A stretch of 64,000 bases of DNA from contig CM059431.1 in the NCBI GenBank assembly GCA_030390025.1, positions 106,146,001-106,210,000 on the forward strand, written 5' to 3'. How positions within the stretch are numbered: the first letter of the stretch is position 1; the number at the start of each line of letters is the position of its first letter. Positions 25,044 through 36,582 of this stretch are shown one piece after another. The notes below the pieces were generated by a model. The model did no database searches and was not told the DNA's origin. It was given only the letters and a program-made list of their open reading frames with translations. The position numbers and the translations under genes were made by a program. This DNA is from Squalus acanthias. Its lineage: Eukaryota.

Positions 25044-25747
25044 GGGCCTAAAAATTTGGTTGCGCTAACGGGGCGCAAAGCAACTAATGCCCGGGCGCAG
25101 CGCCGCCAACGCCTCCCGCGAAATTCAGCGGGAGCTTAGCGGCGGCGGTAACCGTTAGCGCCCCGTGGCGCTGCGCCACTGGCGATGAAGTCATCACCGT
25201 GCCCAGCGCCCCACTCACGCCCCGGCCGCGATCTTCGGTAGCGCCCCCTGACATACCGCCGGACGCTATGTCAGACAGGGTCAGGGGGGCCTACCTGCGG
25301 CCGGGGTGGCGCTAATTAAAGGGAAGGTGCCGGGTGGCCATTTGTGTTGCTGGCCGCCTGCCAGCACCTGCTCTCTCTACCGTCCCCGGCCTCCTCTGCA
25401 GCCCCACCGCGGATTGCTGGCTGCGCTCCGTGAGCCCGGCACTTCTCGAGTGCCGGGCTCCTTTGCCGGCACTCCGATCCCTGGTGGCCCAGCTGGGCCC
25501 CGGATCGCGCTGCGCTTGGCCCCCTCCCCATTAATAAAGGGATGAAGGCCTGCAGTACCGCGGCGCGATGTGCCGCAGCGCCGGCATATTCACTCGCAGC
25601 GCCCCAAGAGTGAGTTGGGGAGCTTCCAGTAGCACCCGGCCTCCCTCTTGGGGTGCTACTGGTGAAATTCGGGCACGGGGGTGCAAATTTTTTGGGGGCG
25701 CTTAAAATTAGCGCCCCGGCGAAGTTAGCACCCCAATTTTCTCCCCC
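25044..25747. mobile_element. MITE family A copy 3
   Basis: Collinear with copy 1; ends gggcctaaaaattt and aattttctccccc; TSD not clean. Confidence 0.8.
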
Positions 25748-25829
25748 AGGAATGTAACAGTTGCTGGCTTCATTTCCTAACCAGTTCAATCCTGGGCATA
25801 TCCATCTGGCTGACACATTTTAATTACAT

Positions 25830-26195
25830 GAGAACATAAGAAATAGGAGCAGGAGTAGGCCATTCGGCCCTTCGAGCCTGCTCCGCCATTCAATAAGATC
25901 ATGGTTGATCTTCTACCTCATCTTCACTTTCCTGAACTATCCCCATATCCCTTGATTCCCTTAATATTCAAAAATCTATCGATCTCTTTCTTGAATATAC
26001 TCAACGACTGAGCCTCCACAGCCCTCTGGGGTAGAGAATTCCAAAGATTCACCACCCTCTGAGTGAAGACATTTCTCCTCATCTCAGTCCTAAATGGCCG
26101 ACGCCTTATTCTGAGACTGTGACCCCTGGTTCTAGACTCCCCAGCCAGGGGAAACATCCTCCCTGCATCTACCCTGTCAAGCCCTGTAAGAATTC
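25830..26195 (-). mobile_element. CR1 3' fragment
   Basis: ILTGLDRVDAGRMFPLAGESRTRGH. Confidence 0.9.
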
Positions 26196-26782
26196 TTGGA
26201 TCAGTATCACTCTTTGTCATGAACTTCTACCAAATAAATATAAGAATAAATGATTTGCATTAGCTGTAGTTCCTCAAACCATTTCACTTGTACAGCTGCT
26301 GGGCATAAGACTTTGTAACACCAATGATTGTCTTTTACCGGCAGTTATTACCAAGTGAAGGATGTCTTGTGTGTTAGATTGCAATCATCAGTGTATTCGG
26401 CAATGAAGACATGAATAATCAATTGACATTTTAAGCTCGGATAAAGATTATGAGGTAGAGTTTCAGCTTTGGGTGGAATCGAGAAATTGCGCCCAAAGTA
26501 CACTTGAAATTATGCTGGTTAGGATAGGATCAGGTTTCTGCTAAAATTCATTTGCATAATCACAAACATAAAATCTTCAATGAACCAACGCAATCAGGCA
26601 GCGTAATGGAACGTAACCGTTTCTTTTTTTTCCTTTCCATTAAAATGTATTCCTTGACGTATTTAAGAGCGGTAACCTGGTGCAGTTTTATTAATGATGC
26701 GGAGATGCCGGTGTTGGACTGGGGTGGACAAAATTGAGAGGTCGCACAACACCAGGTTATAGTCCAACAGTTTTATTTGAAA

Positions 26783-26820
26783 TCACAAGCTTTCGGAACT
26801 ATCGCTCCTTCCTCAGGTGA
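26783..26820 (-). ncRNA. Minimal hammerhead ribozyme (inverted copy)
   Basis: Reverse complement of 28664-28701 within the left inverted repeat. Confidence 0.85.
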
Positions 26821-26958
26821 AGTAAATTGGATACAGAATCGTCAGAGCATATATAGATGGAAAAAAAAGCATGTGTACTTTACAATTGCAGACCAATAAA
26901 TTAAATCATCCTGACTATCTGCCGAGGTGTGATAAAGTTAATTAAGTCAGCCAGCACG

Positions 26959-28329
26959 ATGGACGTATCGGCACTCTACACCAGTATCCCCCACGATGAC
27001 GGCATCGCTGCAACAGCCTCAGTACTCAACATCAACAACAGCCAATCTCCAGACGCCATCCTACAACTCATCCGCTTCATCCTTGACCACAATGTCTTCA
27101 CCTTCGACAACCATTTTTTTACCCAAACACACGGAACAGCCATGGGGACCAAATTCGCACCCCAATACGCCAACATCTTCATGCACAAGTTCGAGCAAGA
27201 CTTCTTCGCTGCACAGGACCTCCAGCCAACGCTGTACACCAGATACATCGACGACATTTTCTTCCTTTGGACCCATGGCGAAGGATCACTGAAAAGACTA
27301 CACGATAACATAAACAAGTTCCATCCCACCATCAAACTCACCATGGACTACTCCTCAGAATCGGTCTCATTCCTGGACACACGAATCTCTATCAAAGACG
27401 GACACCTCAGCACTTCACTCTACCGCAAGCCCACGGACAACCTCACGATGCTCCACTTCTCCAGCTTCCACCCTAACCATGTTAAAGAAGCCATCCCCTA
27501 TGGACAAGCCCTGCGAATACACAGGATCTGCTCAGACGAGGAGGAACGCGATGGACACCTACGGACGCTGAAAAACGCCCTCGTAAGAACGGGATATGAC
27601 GCTCGACTCATCGATCGACAGTTCCGACGGGCCACAGCGAAAAATCGCATAGACCTCCTCAGAAGGCAAACACGGGACACAACCAACAGGGTACCCTACG
27701 TCGTCCAGTACTTCCCCGGAGCGGAGAAACTACGACATGTTCTTCGCAGCCTTCAACATGTCATCGATGACGACAAACACCTCGCTAAGGCCATCCCCAC
27801 GCCTCCACTACTTGCCTTCAAACAGCCGCCTAACCTCAGAAGTACCATTGTTCGCAGCAAATTACCCAGCTTTCAGGATAACAGCGACCACGACACCACA
27901 CAACCCTGCCATGGCAAACTCTGCAAGACATGCCAGATCATCAACACAGATACCACCATCACACGTGAGGACACTACCCACCAGGTACATGGTACATACT
28001 CATGTGACTCGGCCAACGTTGTCTACCTCATACGTTGCAGGAAAGAATGCACCGCGGCATGGTACATCGGCGAGACCATGCAGACACTGAGACAACGTAT
28101 GAACGAGCACCGCGCAACAATCGCCAGGCAGGATTGTTACCTCCCAGTCGGGGAACACTTCAGCAGTCAAGGACATTCAGCCTCGGATCTGCGGGTTAGC
28201 GTTCTCCAAGGCAACCTTAGAAACACACGACAACGCAAAATCATCGAGCAGAAACTGATAGCCAAGTTCTGCACTCATGAAGACGGTCTCAATCGGGATC
28301 TTGGGTTTATGTCACGATACATGACGTGA
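26959..28329 (+). CDS. Penelope-like reverse transcriptase (N-terminally truncated) + Cys-rich linker + GIY-YIG endonuclease
   Basis: Uninterrupted frame. RT motifs MDVSALYTSIPH, GTAMGTKFAP, RYIDDIF, FLDT; thumb YRKPT; linker PCHGKLCKTC; endonuclease NVVYLIRC...WYIGET...RMNEH...HF...GLN. The annotated start at 26929 lies inside the inverted repeat; element coding sequence begins at about 26955. Confidence 0.93.
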   Translation: MDVSALYTSIPHDDGIAATASVLNINNSQSPDAILQLIRFILDHNVFTFDNHFFTQTHGTAMGTKFAPQYANIFMHKFEQDFFAAQDLQPTLYTRYIDDIFFLWTHGEGSLKRLHDNINKFHPTIKLTMDYSSESVSFLDTRISIKDGHLSTSLYRKPTDNLTMLHFSSFHPNHVKEAIPYGQALRIHRICSDEEERDGHLRTLKNALVRTGYDARLIDRQFRRATAKNRIDLLRRQTRDTTNRVPYVVQYFPGAEKLRHVLRSLQHVIDDDKHLAKAIPTPPLLAFKQPPNLRSTIVRSKLPSFQDNSDHDTTQPCHGKLCKTCQIINTDTTITREDTTHQVHGTYSCDSANVVYLIRCRKECTAAWYIGETMQTLRQRMNEHRATIARQDCYLPVGEHFSSQGHSASDLRVSVLQGNLRNTRQRKIIEQKLIAKFCTHEDGLNRDLGFMSRYMT

Positions 28330-28663
28330 TCCGGACTCGAGTCGTCGTTAGCTTGTTCACAGATGTGATTCCCAGTAAAAAAGTAAAAATTTTCCCAGTA
28401 AAAAAGTAAATTTTTTTTTAAAGCTTTTCGTTTTACATACAGACGGCAGCTTTTGACACGTTAGAACCCCTGCGACTTCACCTCATTGTCTCAGTTGTAT
28501 CTTGCTATGTCTTTTGATGTGGTACCTTCCTGGCTGACTTAATTAACTTTATCACACCTCGGCAGATAGTCAGGATGATTTAATTTATTGGTCTGCAATT
28601 GTAAAGTACACATGCTTTTTTTTCCATCTATATATGCTCTGGCGATTCTGTATCCAATTTACT

Positions 28664-28701
28664 TCACCTGAGGAAGGAGCGATAGTTCCGAAAGCTTGTG
28701 A
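28664..28701 (+). ncRNA. Minimal type I hammerhead ribozyme
   Basis: tcac-CTGAGGA-a-ggagc/gata/gttcc-GAAA-gc-TT-gtga: helix I tcac/gtga, helix II with one G-U pair, palindromic AGCT in place of helix III. Confidence 0.85.
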
Positions 28702-28864
28702 TTTCAAATAAAACTGTTGGACTATAACCTGGTGTTGTGCGACCTCTCAGTTTTATTAACACAGCTAAAACTGGGTTTATCACCGAAAAAAATAAGCATT
28801 TTTGATAAGAGTGTTTAATCCACCACCCGTGAGTAACCTGATTTAAAATCACTGAAGACGACTT

Positions 28865-29153
28865 AAAAAAAAATTGTGTCTGTGCGACTAAGAAAAAGAG
28901 GGCCCTTTGACAAGCCTTCCCGAACTAGCGCAATCTCGCAAGCAATTTCAACCTGGGGGGGGGGGCGTGGCCAGTTCTGTGGGCGGGGCCTGATCGGGGC
29001 AAATTGAATCTTGAACCAGGCAGATCGCGGAAAACACAGGCGTAAGTGGCTTTGGGCGTAACTCACCTACGTTTTAAATTCCAGATTTTTTTTGCGTTGG
29101 TTTGGCTGATTCTGCTCAGAGTGCACTAATGTAACCAACGGAAACTCGACCCC
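28865..29153. mobile_element. Partial MITE-like element
   Basis: CpG-rich block ending ggaaactcgacccc, similar to the other G-rich TIR families. Confidence 0.3.
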
Positions 29154-31547
29154 GACCTCTCTCAGTGTCTTGCCTGAATTTGGGAATTCTGCATAACGAG
29201 GATGCAGCTTGTACAGTTTAGCACTCTAGTACGGGCAATGCCTTCTTGTGTCGGGAATCTGAGATCTGTACCAACGCCTAGAATTTACAAATGAACAAGA
29301 GTCTGGATAAGCAAAGTTGCTTTGCTGGTGATGAATACTAAATTCAAGATTCTCCTGGAAATTTTGAGGCACTTAATCAACTTCATGCATTGTGTTTTTT
29401 AATTTCCCTGCCTATTATTGATCGGTTTTGTGCAGATTGGTGTGGGCCCCAACTATTGAGTTTAAATGCAACTTTTTCAGTTGTAGTCTTTAGACCCCCC
29501 CTGCCACCAACATGAAAGACACAGCACCGGTGACCCTTGAACCTTCCAACTCAAGTCACTGGTTCAAGTACAGTGCCAATAATTCGACTTTAAAGTTTCC
29601 CATTTGGTTAGCAGCCGGTTTTTCCTGGACCATGCAGACTCGCAGTAGAAACGAGAATGTATTAATTGATCAGTGCCTGAAAGCGCAGCCGCAAACCTTG
29701 ATGCGGTACGGGTGATACTCTTTTTGACACATGAACCAATCACCACCTTCAATGTACGTGCCCGTGGCAATGGGCAGTTCGGCTATTGTTTTGGTTGGGA
29801 CAGTGATTTGGAAAAGCTGGAAAGGATCAAACAAATACAAGGTAGTGACTCAAACAGTGAATGAAAACTATGATTAAATAGTAATAGTAAACTACACTGT
29901 GCTGTACTCGACACCGGAGAATGGCAGACTGGTGATTGAAGGGCTTCAGATCCTACGCTGTAGGTTAACAGTCTGTTCTTAATTATCCAGTACAGTATAA
30001 GCAGTCACCCTTTATTACTTCAATAGTGCATCCACATTGCTTTACCTTTCAAAGTTATGACATTTCTGATAGCACGCAGTATGGTCATTTCAGCTCAACC
30101 TTATTTCCATTGTCTGCATGTTATTTGGATCTGCTAATTATCGGATTGGTTACACTGACTGACATAGGCTGGCAGGTACATTATAGTCTCACTACAGCAC
30201 AGAATCAAAACGCAGCAGAACACACGACCGACCACATCCATCAATCAATCTGAAATAAAATCCCTCTCACCTGTCTGAGAGCACTCAGAAGCAGTTAGTC
30301 ACATCCCAAGAGTAACACATTCATTATCCACCACTGCCTCGCCACCTTTTGAATACTTATCACGCCACTTTTTCAAATGTTAACATTTTCTTTTATTTTA
30401 TTTTTTTAACTCCACCCTCCTCTACCCCCCCTCGTCTGAGAAAATACAAGCCAAAGCATCAGAATTTTTCCTTGGCCCCCTTTTCAAGAAAAAATGCTTG
30501 AGGTATCGCTGCTACTAAAACAAATTCACAAACATCAACAAATTCCAGGACATCGAGAAATGTTATAAAATTCACAAAAGCGGAAAAAAAAATAAAGTCC
30601 TGGGTAACAGCTACACAGTTTGGAGTTGTCATTACTTATTGAGTGTAAGAGAGCAGCCCAGGGTGTATCTGAATCCAGGAGATGAAAAGACAATTGTGCT
30701 GATACAGAACACTGCCCAGTCTTTCACATCGTGACTCCTTATTAAAATATCCCAGACACTGGCGGAGACAGAGACATCAATGATTGCCTTTCAGGTGCAC
30801 GTGTCTAACCTTAAATATAGACCTGTGCCAGCAGGGGACTCAAATAATCAATAAGAGTAACAACAGTAACAACAAGTGTACCCAGCACTGACTGCCTCCC
30901 TCATTGTTTAGCGAAACAAATCTACACGAAATAGGATTTCTTGAGCATTATTAGGCTTGAAATACAGCCTTTGCAGACCATTAAATAAAGAAAGTACATC
31001 TTCGATGTTTAAAGAAAGTGATTTTGGCCTTTTATGGGTCCCTTTACATAACAGAACTTTTATTAAAAATCTGAGGCAATAAAAATCCTGATTTTTTTTG
31101 GGAAGGTATAAAACATTTTTAGCATCCTTTGAAGGGTTTTGGAAGCAATTTTGCAACATGCCAAAAGAAAAATTGGAGCTTAAATTATTTATTTTTCCAA
31201 ATCACAAGAGTATATAAAGTAAACTGATCATTTGTACTGTTTACACCCAGTACATCAGCTTATATTATTAATTTTATAGTCTTCTTGTTGAGGTTATGAG
31301 AACGCGCAAGTGGGCTGCCGCGTTTCCTACATTACAGCAGTGACCACACTTCAAAAAGTACTTCATTGGCTGTAAAGCGCTTTGAGGTCTGGGGTTGTGA
31401 AAGGCGCGATATAAATGCAAGTTTTTATTTTCTTTATAGAAATGTAGCAGAAGAGTTACTGATATGAATGCATTTATACGGGTGGATTCAACCTATAAAC
31501 AAATGTATATGTTACATTCAGTCACGTGAAAGAACCGAATGAATATT

Positions 31548-32247
31548 GAGCCAAATCTTGCTGGAGCAGGGCATCTCGCGGATTGCCCCGTTAGACTTTT
31601 TTCCCTCACCCTTCAACTCGAAAAACGTTTTGCCCTGTAATGAGTGCGAGCTGATACCGGCGCGCCAAGGGCAACAGGGCACCTGGGACCTCAGTGAACA
31701 ACGGGACCAACAGTCTAGCTCCTTAACCCATGAAATTTAAGGATTGCGAAAGAATCAGAGGAATGTGGGAGATGGAAATAGGGCGAATCGGGTACAGAAA
31801 GAAAAATAAACAGAGGGAATGAAAGCTTGGATTAGGAGAGAAAAAACAGAAAAGAAAGAAAAAAGTTAAAAGATAAAAATTTGAAATCTCTAAGAAGAAT
31901 TTGCTATATGCAGGAATGAGACTGAATAGTTTAAATTGTTCCATTTCTGGGCCGGAGAGATTGATTGGCATTGCATTAACAACATCGCTAAAAGGGTACT
32001 TACGCTGTTAAGTATGAGCTCTAACTTTCTGCAGCGAGTTTAATGGGCAATTAATGTGCAAATCCAGCAAGTTCTTAAAAATAACGGGAAGGCTAAGGGT
32101 GAGATGCCAAGGTAAATTGACAAGCAATTTCTGGAGATTCGCAACTCATGGCGTATCTCTTAATCCTCTGAGGTTGCTGGTCGATTTGCGCATTAATAAC
32201 GGCGTGCGTCGTTAACACGCCATTACTTTTCCAGCAAAATCTGGCCC
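31548..32247. mobile_element. Harbinger-like MITE family C
   Basis: Termini gagccaaatcttgctgg and ccagcaaaatctggccc; flanks att/act; homologous to 39626-40430. Confidence 0.65.
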
Positions 32248-32454
32248 ACTGTTTATACAAAGATAAAGCACTTTTATTGATGCTGTGGTCATTACTCCTT
32301 TGAACTTTCACCTTTTGTTATTCGTGAGCTTCATATACTGTCCCACACCTTCCTACAGTTCCCTGCACCCGCACTGTATTAAAATCAAATGCGAGATTTT
32401 CTGCCCAGCAACTATGAATGAGTGGACTTTGAGGACTCATCTCACCTCCTAATC

Positions 32455-32705
32455 TTATAGAATCATGGAATAGTACAGCACAGAAGGCGGCCATTCGGCC
32501 CATCGAGTCTGCGCCGGCTCTTTCGACAAGCAATCCAATTAGTCTCATTCCCGACTCTTTGCCCCATATCCCTTCAATTTTTTCTCCTTCAAATATTTAT
32601 CCAATTCCCTTTTGAAAGCTACTACTGAATCTGTATGCACCACCCTATCAGCCGGTGCAGTCCAAATCCTGACCACTCGTTGCGTAAGAAGGTATTCCCT
32701 CATGT
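32455..32705 (-). mobile_element. CR1 3' fragment
   Basis: 3' UTR motif and tail. Confidence 0.75.
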
Positions 32706-32754
32706 ATTTAACAGAAGGCTTCATTTTTGTTTGAAGGGAAGTTTTAATGTTTGT

Positions 32755-33046
32755 GGGTCACATACCCTTAAAATTAGAGCCAGGCCGTTCAGGGGTGATG
32801 TCAGGAAGCACTTCTTCACTCAAAGGGCAGTGGAAATCTGGAAATGTCTCTCCCCACAAAAAGCTGCTGAGGCTGGAGGGTCAATTGAAAATCTCAAAAC
32901 TGAGATTGATAGATTTGTGTTTGGCAAGGGTATTAAGGGTTATGGAACCAAGATGAGTAGATGGAGTTAAGACACAGATCAGCCCTGATCTGATTGAATG
33001 GCGGAGCAGGCTCGAGGGGCTGAATGGCCTCCTCCAGTTCCTATGT
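32755..33046 (+). mobile_element. CR1 3' fragment
   Basis: LKIRARPFRGDVRKHFFTQR. Confidence 0.85.
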
Positions 33047-33454
33047 CCTTACGTATATGTACAAACATAGAGCTGCCATTTTATAGATGTTTACACCTGA
33101 AAGGCTCCTCTGTGGTCCTCCAGACTGGTATCCTTGAGTGCACCAGTCTGAATGTGTTGAAAAGTGATATGACTCCAGGGCTTTACACAGGAACTTACAA
33201 CAGTGGATACATATCAAATTGTCCATTTGGTTTGAAAGCCAGCACTGTGGACGTTCTATTAAGAGAATTGCGTTGCAGTCCATGCAAGTAGTGTAGACTT
33301 ACCGAGCAGATTGTGACCCCATTCTCACTTTAGTAAACGGAAACCTGTGACTGATCAATGGGGATGAGTAATAAGCATTTGATTAGTTAACCTTTACTGC
33401 CGGTATCAGAAACCAACAGTTCTCCAAACATCTAGACCTTTGAATGCAGCAAAT

Positions 33455-34120
33455 ATGCTGAACAGGAAAGACTGAACAGACCGGGGCACTTTTCGCTAGA
33501 AAAGGGAAGGTCTGAGAGGTGACCTGACAGAGGCCTTTAAGATTATGACAGAGTTTGATAGGGTAGACGCAGAGAAGGTGTCACCACTTATGGGGAGTCC
33601 AAAACTAGGGGTGATAAATATAAGATAGTCGCTAATAAATCCAACAGGGAATTCAGGAGACACTTCTTTGGAATATGGAACTCGCTACTGACGTAAGAAA
33701 ACTACTTGGTCTAAGCGTTAAACAAAGCTTTAATCCACTGTTTTTCAACATGGAGATCTAGTTGTGTCCTTCCAAAGTTCCTGTTAAAGAATGTCCTGCG
33801 CAAGCTGGGCCCGTGCCCGAGTATTTATACTCTCCCTGGACAGCGCCACCCGCAGGCCACTCAGTATTATTTCATAAGTCATTTCCACATGAATGACAAG
33901 ATTCATGTCAGCTACCACAGGGAGTAGTTGAGGCGAAAAGCATAGATGCATTTAAGGGGGAGCGAGATAAACAGATGAGGGAGAAAGGAATAGGAGGTTA
34001 TGCTGATAGGGTGAGATGAAGAGGGGTGGGAGGAGGCTCGTGTGGAGCATAAACACTGGCATGGACCAGATGGCCGAATGGCCTGTTTCTGTGCTGTACA
34101 TTCGATGTAATTCTATGTAA
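33455..34120 (+). mobile_element. CR1 3' fragment hosting the solo LTR
   Basis: Homologous to 41745-42069 (-) and 58290-58700 (+). Confidence 0.8.
33689..33910 (-). mobile_element. Solo LTR (222 bp)
   Basis: TG...CA ends (tgacgt/atgtca); 5-bp TSD gctac at 33684-33688 and 33911-33915; minus-strand TATAAATA (33822-33829) and ATTAAA (33729-33734); removal restores CR1 WNSLPQGVVEA. Confidence 0.85.
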
Positions 34121-34137
34121 TCCGAACTAGGGCCTTA

Positions 34138-34590
34138 GTGTCGGTCTTGGCTCAGTGGTAGCATTCTTGCTTCTGACCCCGGAGTCTGCGTGTTCAAGCG
34201 CCACTCCAGACATGATCTATGCTGACAATCCCGTGCAACTCAGAGGAAAGCTGCACTGTCGGAGGTGTCGTCTTTTGGATGAGAGGTTAAACCGAGGCCC
34301 CGCCTGCCCGCTCAGGTGGACATTAAAGATCCCACGGCCACTATTTGAAGACAAGCAGGTGAGTTCTCCTGGTGTCCTGGGGGCAATATTTATCCCTCAA
34401 CACCACAGTAGCAGACCTTCTGGTCATTGAACTCATTGCTGTTTGTAGGACCTTGCTGTGCGAATTGGCTGTCACATTTGCCCACATTACAACAGCGACT
34501 ACATGGCAAAATTATTTCATTGGCTGTAAAATGTTTTGGAAAGTACTGAGGATGTGAAAGGTGCTATATAAATGAAAGATGTGTTTTCTT
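34138..34590 (+). mobile_element. Deu-domain SINE
   Basis: Same family. Confidence 0.8.
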
Positions 34591-35254
34591 TATTTATATA
34601 TTGTAATGCAGCAATGTAATCTAGGGGTTCAGATGATGGCAATAAAACTGATCAATTAAACTGCTCAGTGAACTTTTAGACCAGTCACCACTGCCAGGAA
34701 TCAGTTTTTCTGTTTTAAAACAGAGTTCATCATTTCAAATCATTTCCTGGACAATTTCACCCTGTTTAGGTTTTAATGTCCTCATTACCACTATTTTTAT
34801 ATTGCATATTAGCTCACTATCTCTAGATAAATCCCGTTGAGCCAACCTGAAAGTAAAGCCAATAGACTAACAGGCTGTGAATGAGGAAATAACACAAAAT
34901 AATTCACCACAGGGCGCATTGAGACTTCACGGTGACTGATTTACTGGCTTCCTGATGTCACAAGTGGTGTTATTTTGCAACCTTCCACCTATCTGTGAGC
35001 CAGTGATGATATTTGTACCAGACGTTAGTGCTGTAAAATAGTGCTGTAAATTGATTCACTTTTTCCATTTGTTTTAAAGGGTGGATGGCGCTCATGTGAC
35101 ATCATCAGCCAATTTCTCAGGACTCTGCATCTCCCCCCTCAGCTGATGGTTTTGTGCTTCCGGGTAAATTGTACATTTCCTGCTTTAATCACAGTTCCAA
35201 TTCAAGTTGTATCCAGAATTTACGAATATAAAATGACCTGGATATTGGAATACA

Positions 35255-36196
35255 GAGTAAAATTTCTAAATTTGCCGATGACACCAAACTTGGGGGGTGT
35301 GGCAAACAGTGAGGATGATACCAATCGACTGCAACAGGACATAGAAAGGCTAGCAGAATGGGCGGACAAGTGGCAGATGGAATTTAATACGGAGAAATGT
35401 GAGATGATGCATTTTGGCAGAAGGAACACGGAGAGGCAATATACACTTAATGGCTCAGTTTTAAAGAGAGTGCAGGGACATTGGGACCTGGGAGTTAATG
35501 TGCACAGGTCCCTGAAGGTGACAGAACATATTGAGAGTGTGGTTAACAAAGCATATGGGATCATGGGCTTCATAAATAGAGGTATTGAGTACAAAAGTAG
35601 AGAAGTTATGCTGAACTTTTATAAAGCGCTGGTTAGGCCACAACTGGAGTATTGCATCCAGTTCTGGTCACCACACTTTAGGAAGGATGTGAAGGCACTT
35701 GAGAGGGTGCAGAGGAGATTTACCAGAATGGTTCCGGGGATGGGGGATCTTAGCTACAAGGACAGGCCGGAGAAGCTGGATTTGTTTTCATTAGAGCAAA
35801 GGAGGTTGAGGGGTGATTTGATAGAGGTGTACAAGATTATGACAGGTTTGGATAGGCTAGACGGAGAAAGACTATTCCCACTAGTTGATGGTACAAGGAC
35901 TGGGGGACACAGATTTAAGGTTTTGAGCAAGAGACACAGGGGGGACGTGAGGGAAAACTTTTTTACGCAGCGAGTGGTGAGGACCTGGAACTCGCTGCCG
36001 ACGAAAGTGGTGGAAGCGGAGACACTCAATGTTTTCAAGGGGAGGCTGGATAGGCACTTGAGGGAAATAAACTTGCAGGACTACAGGGATAGAGCGGGGA
36101 AATGGGACTGACTGGATTGCGCTACAGAGAGCCGGCACGGACTCGATGGGCCGAATGGCCTCCTTCTGTGCCGTTATGACTCGATGACTCTATGAC
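35255..36196 (+). mobile_element. CR1 LINE 3' fragment
   Basis: KFADD region through LVRPQLEYC...WNSLP...GKWD; actctatg tail. Confidence 0.93.
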
Positions 36197-36309
36197 CTAT
36201 GGAAAGATTAGGTTGCCAATCAGATTTGCACGAAGGTGTTCAGCAAGACTAATGAATGTAGTTTTATCGATGATTCTAACATAGCTCAAAATTAAAGAGA
36301 AATTTTGTA

Positions 36310-36582
36310 ACATAGAAACATAGAATCTAGGAGCAGGAGTAGGCCATTCGGCCCGTCGAGCCTGCTCCGCCATTCAATACGATCATGGCTGATCATCCAA
36401 ATCCAGTACCCTGTCCCTGCTTTAATCCCCACAGTACACATATCCCACCCTACCCCCGTAACCCCACGTATTTAATTCCCCCTAACATATCCCATCCTAT
36501 CCCCATAACCCCACATATTTAATCCCCCCTAACACTAAGGGTCAATTTATCATAGCCAAATCAACCTAACCCACACATTTTT
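36310..36582 (-). mobile_element. CR1 3' UTR plus HE1/V-SINE-like fragment with a ~42-bp duplication
   Basis: catagaaa tail; acactaagggtcaatttatcatagccaa motif; catatccca...ccctaac present twice. Confidence 0.55.

Larger units (their letters stand above)
26695..28749 (+). mobile_element. Penelope-like retroelement (Neptune-type), 5'-truncated, with inverted pseudo-LTRs and a 40-nt tail
   Basis: RT + GIY-YIG ORF. 26735-26954 is the reverse complement of 28530-28749 (220 bp, one mismatch seen at 26842). Extra tail at 26695-26734. Flanking direct repeat cagttttattaa at 26683-26694 and 28748-28759 (the first 2 nt overlap the element end). Confidence 0.95.

Noticed and set aside
26929..26958. ORF-track N-terminus MIKLIKSAST of the 466-aa ORF
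   Set aside because: Mostly read from the inverted repeat with a GTG start; a junction artefact.
28371..28412. Tandem duplication tcccagtaaaaaagtaaa in the Penelope 3' UTR
   Set aside because: Real, but most simply slippage; no evidence of function.
26735..28749. DNA transposon or DIRS interpretation of the inverted repeats
   Set aside because: The ORF is RT + GIY-YIG, with no DDE transposase or tyrosine recombinase.
35146..36111. 321-aa ORF as a host gene
   Set aside because: CR1 ORF2 C-terminus fused by chance to flanking sequence.
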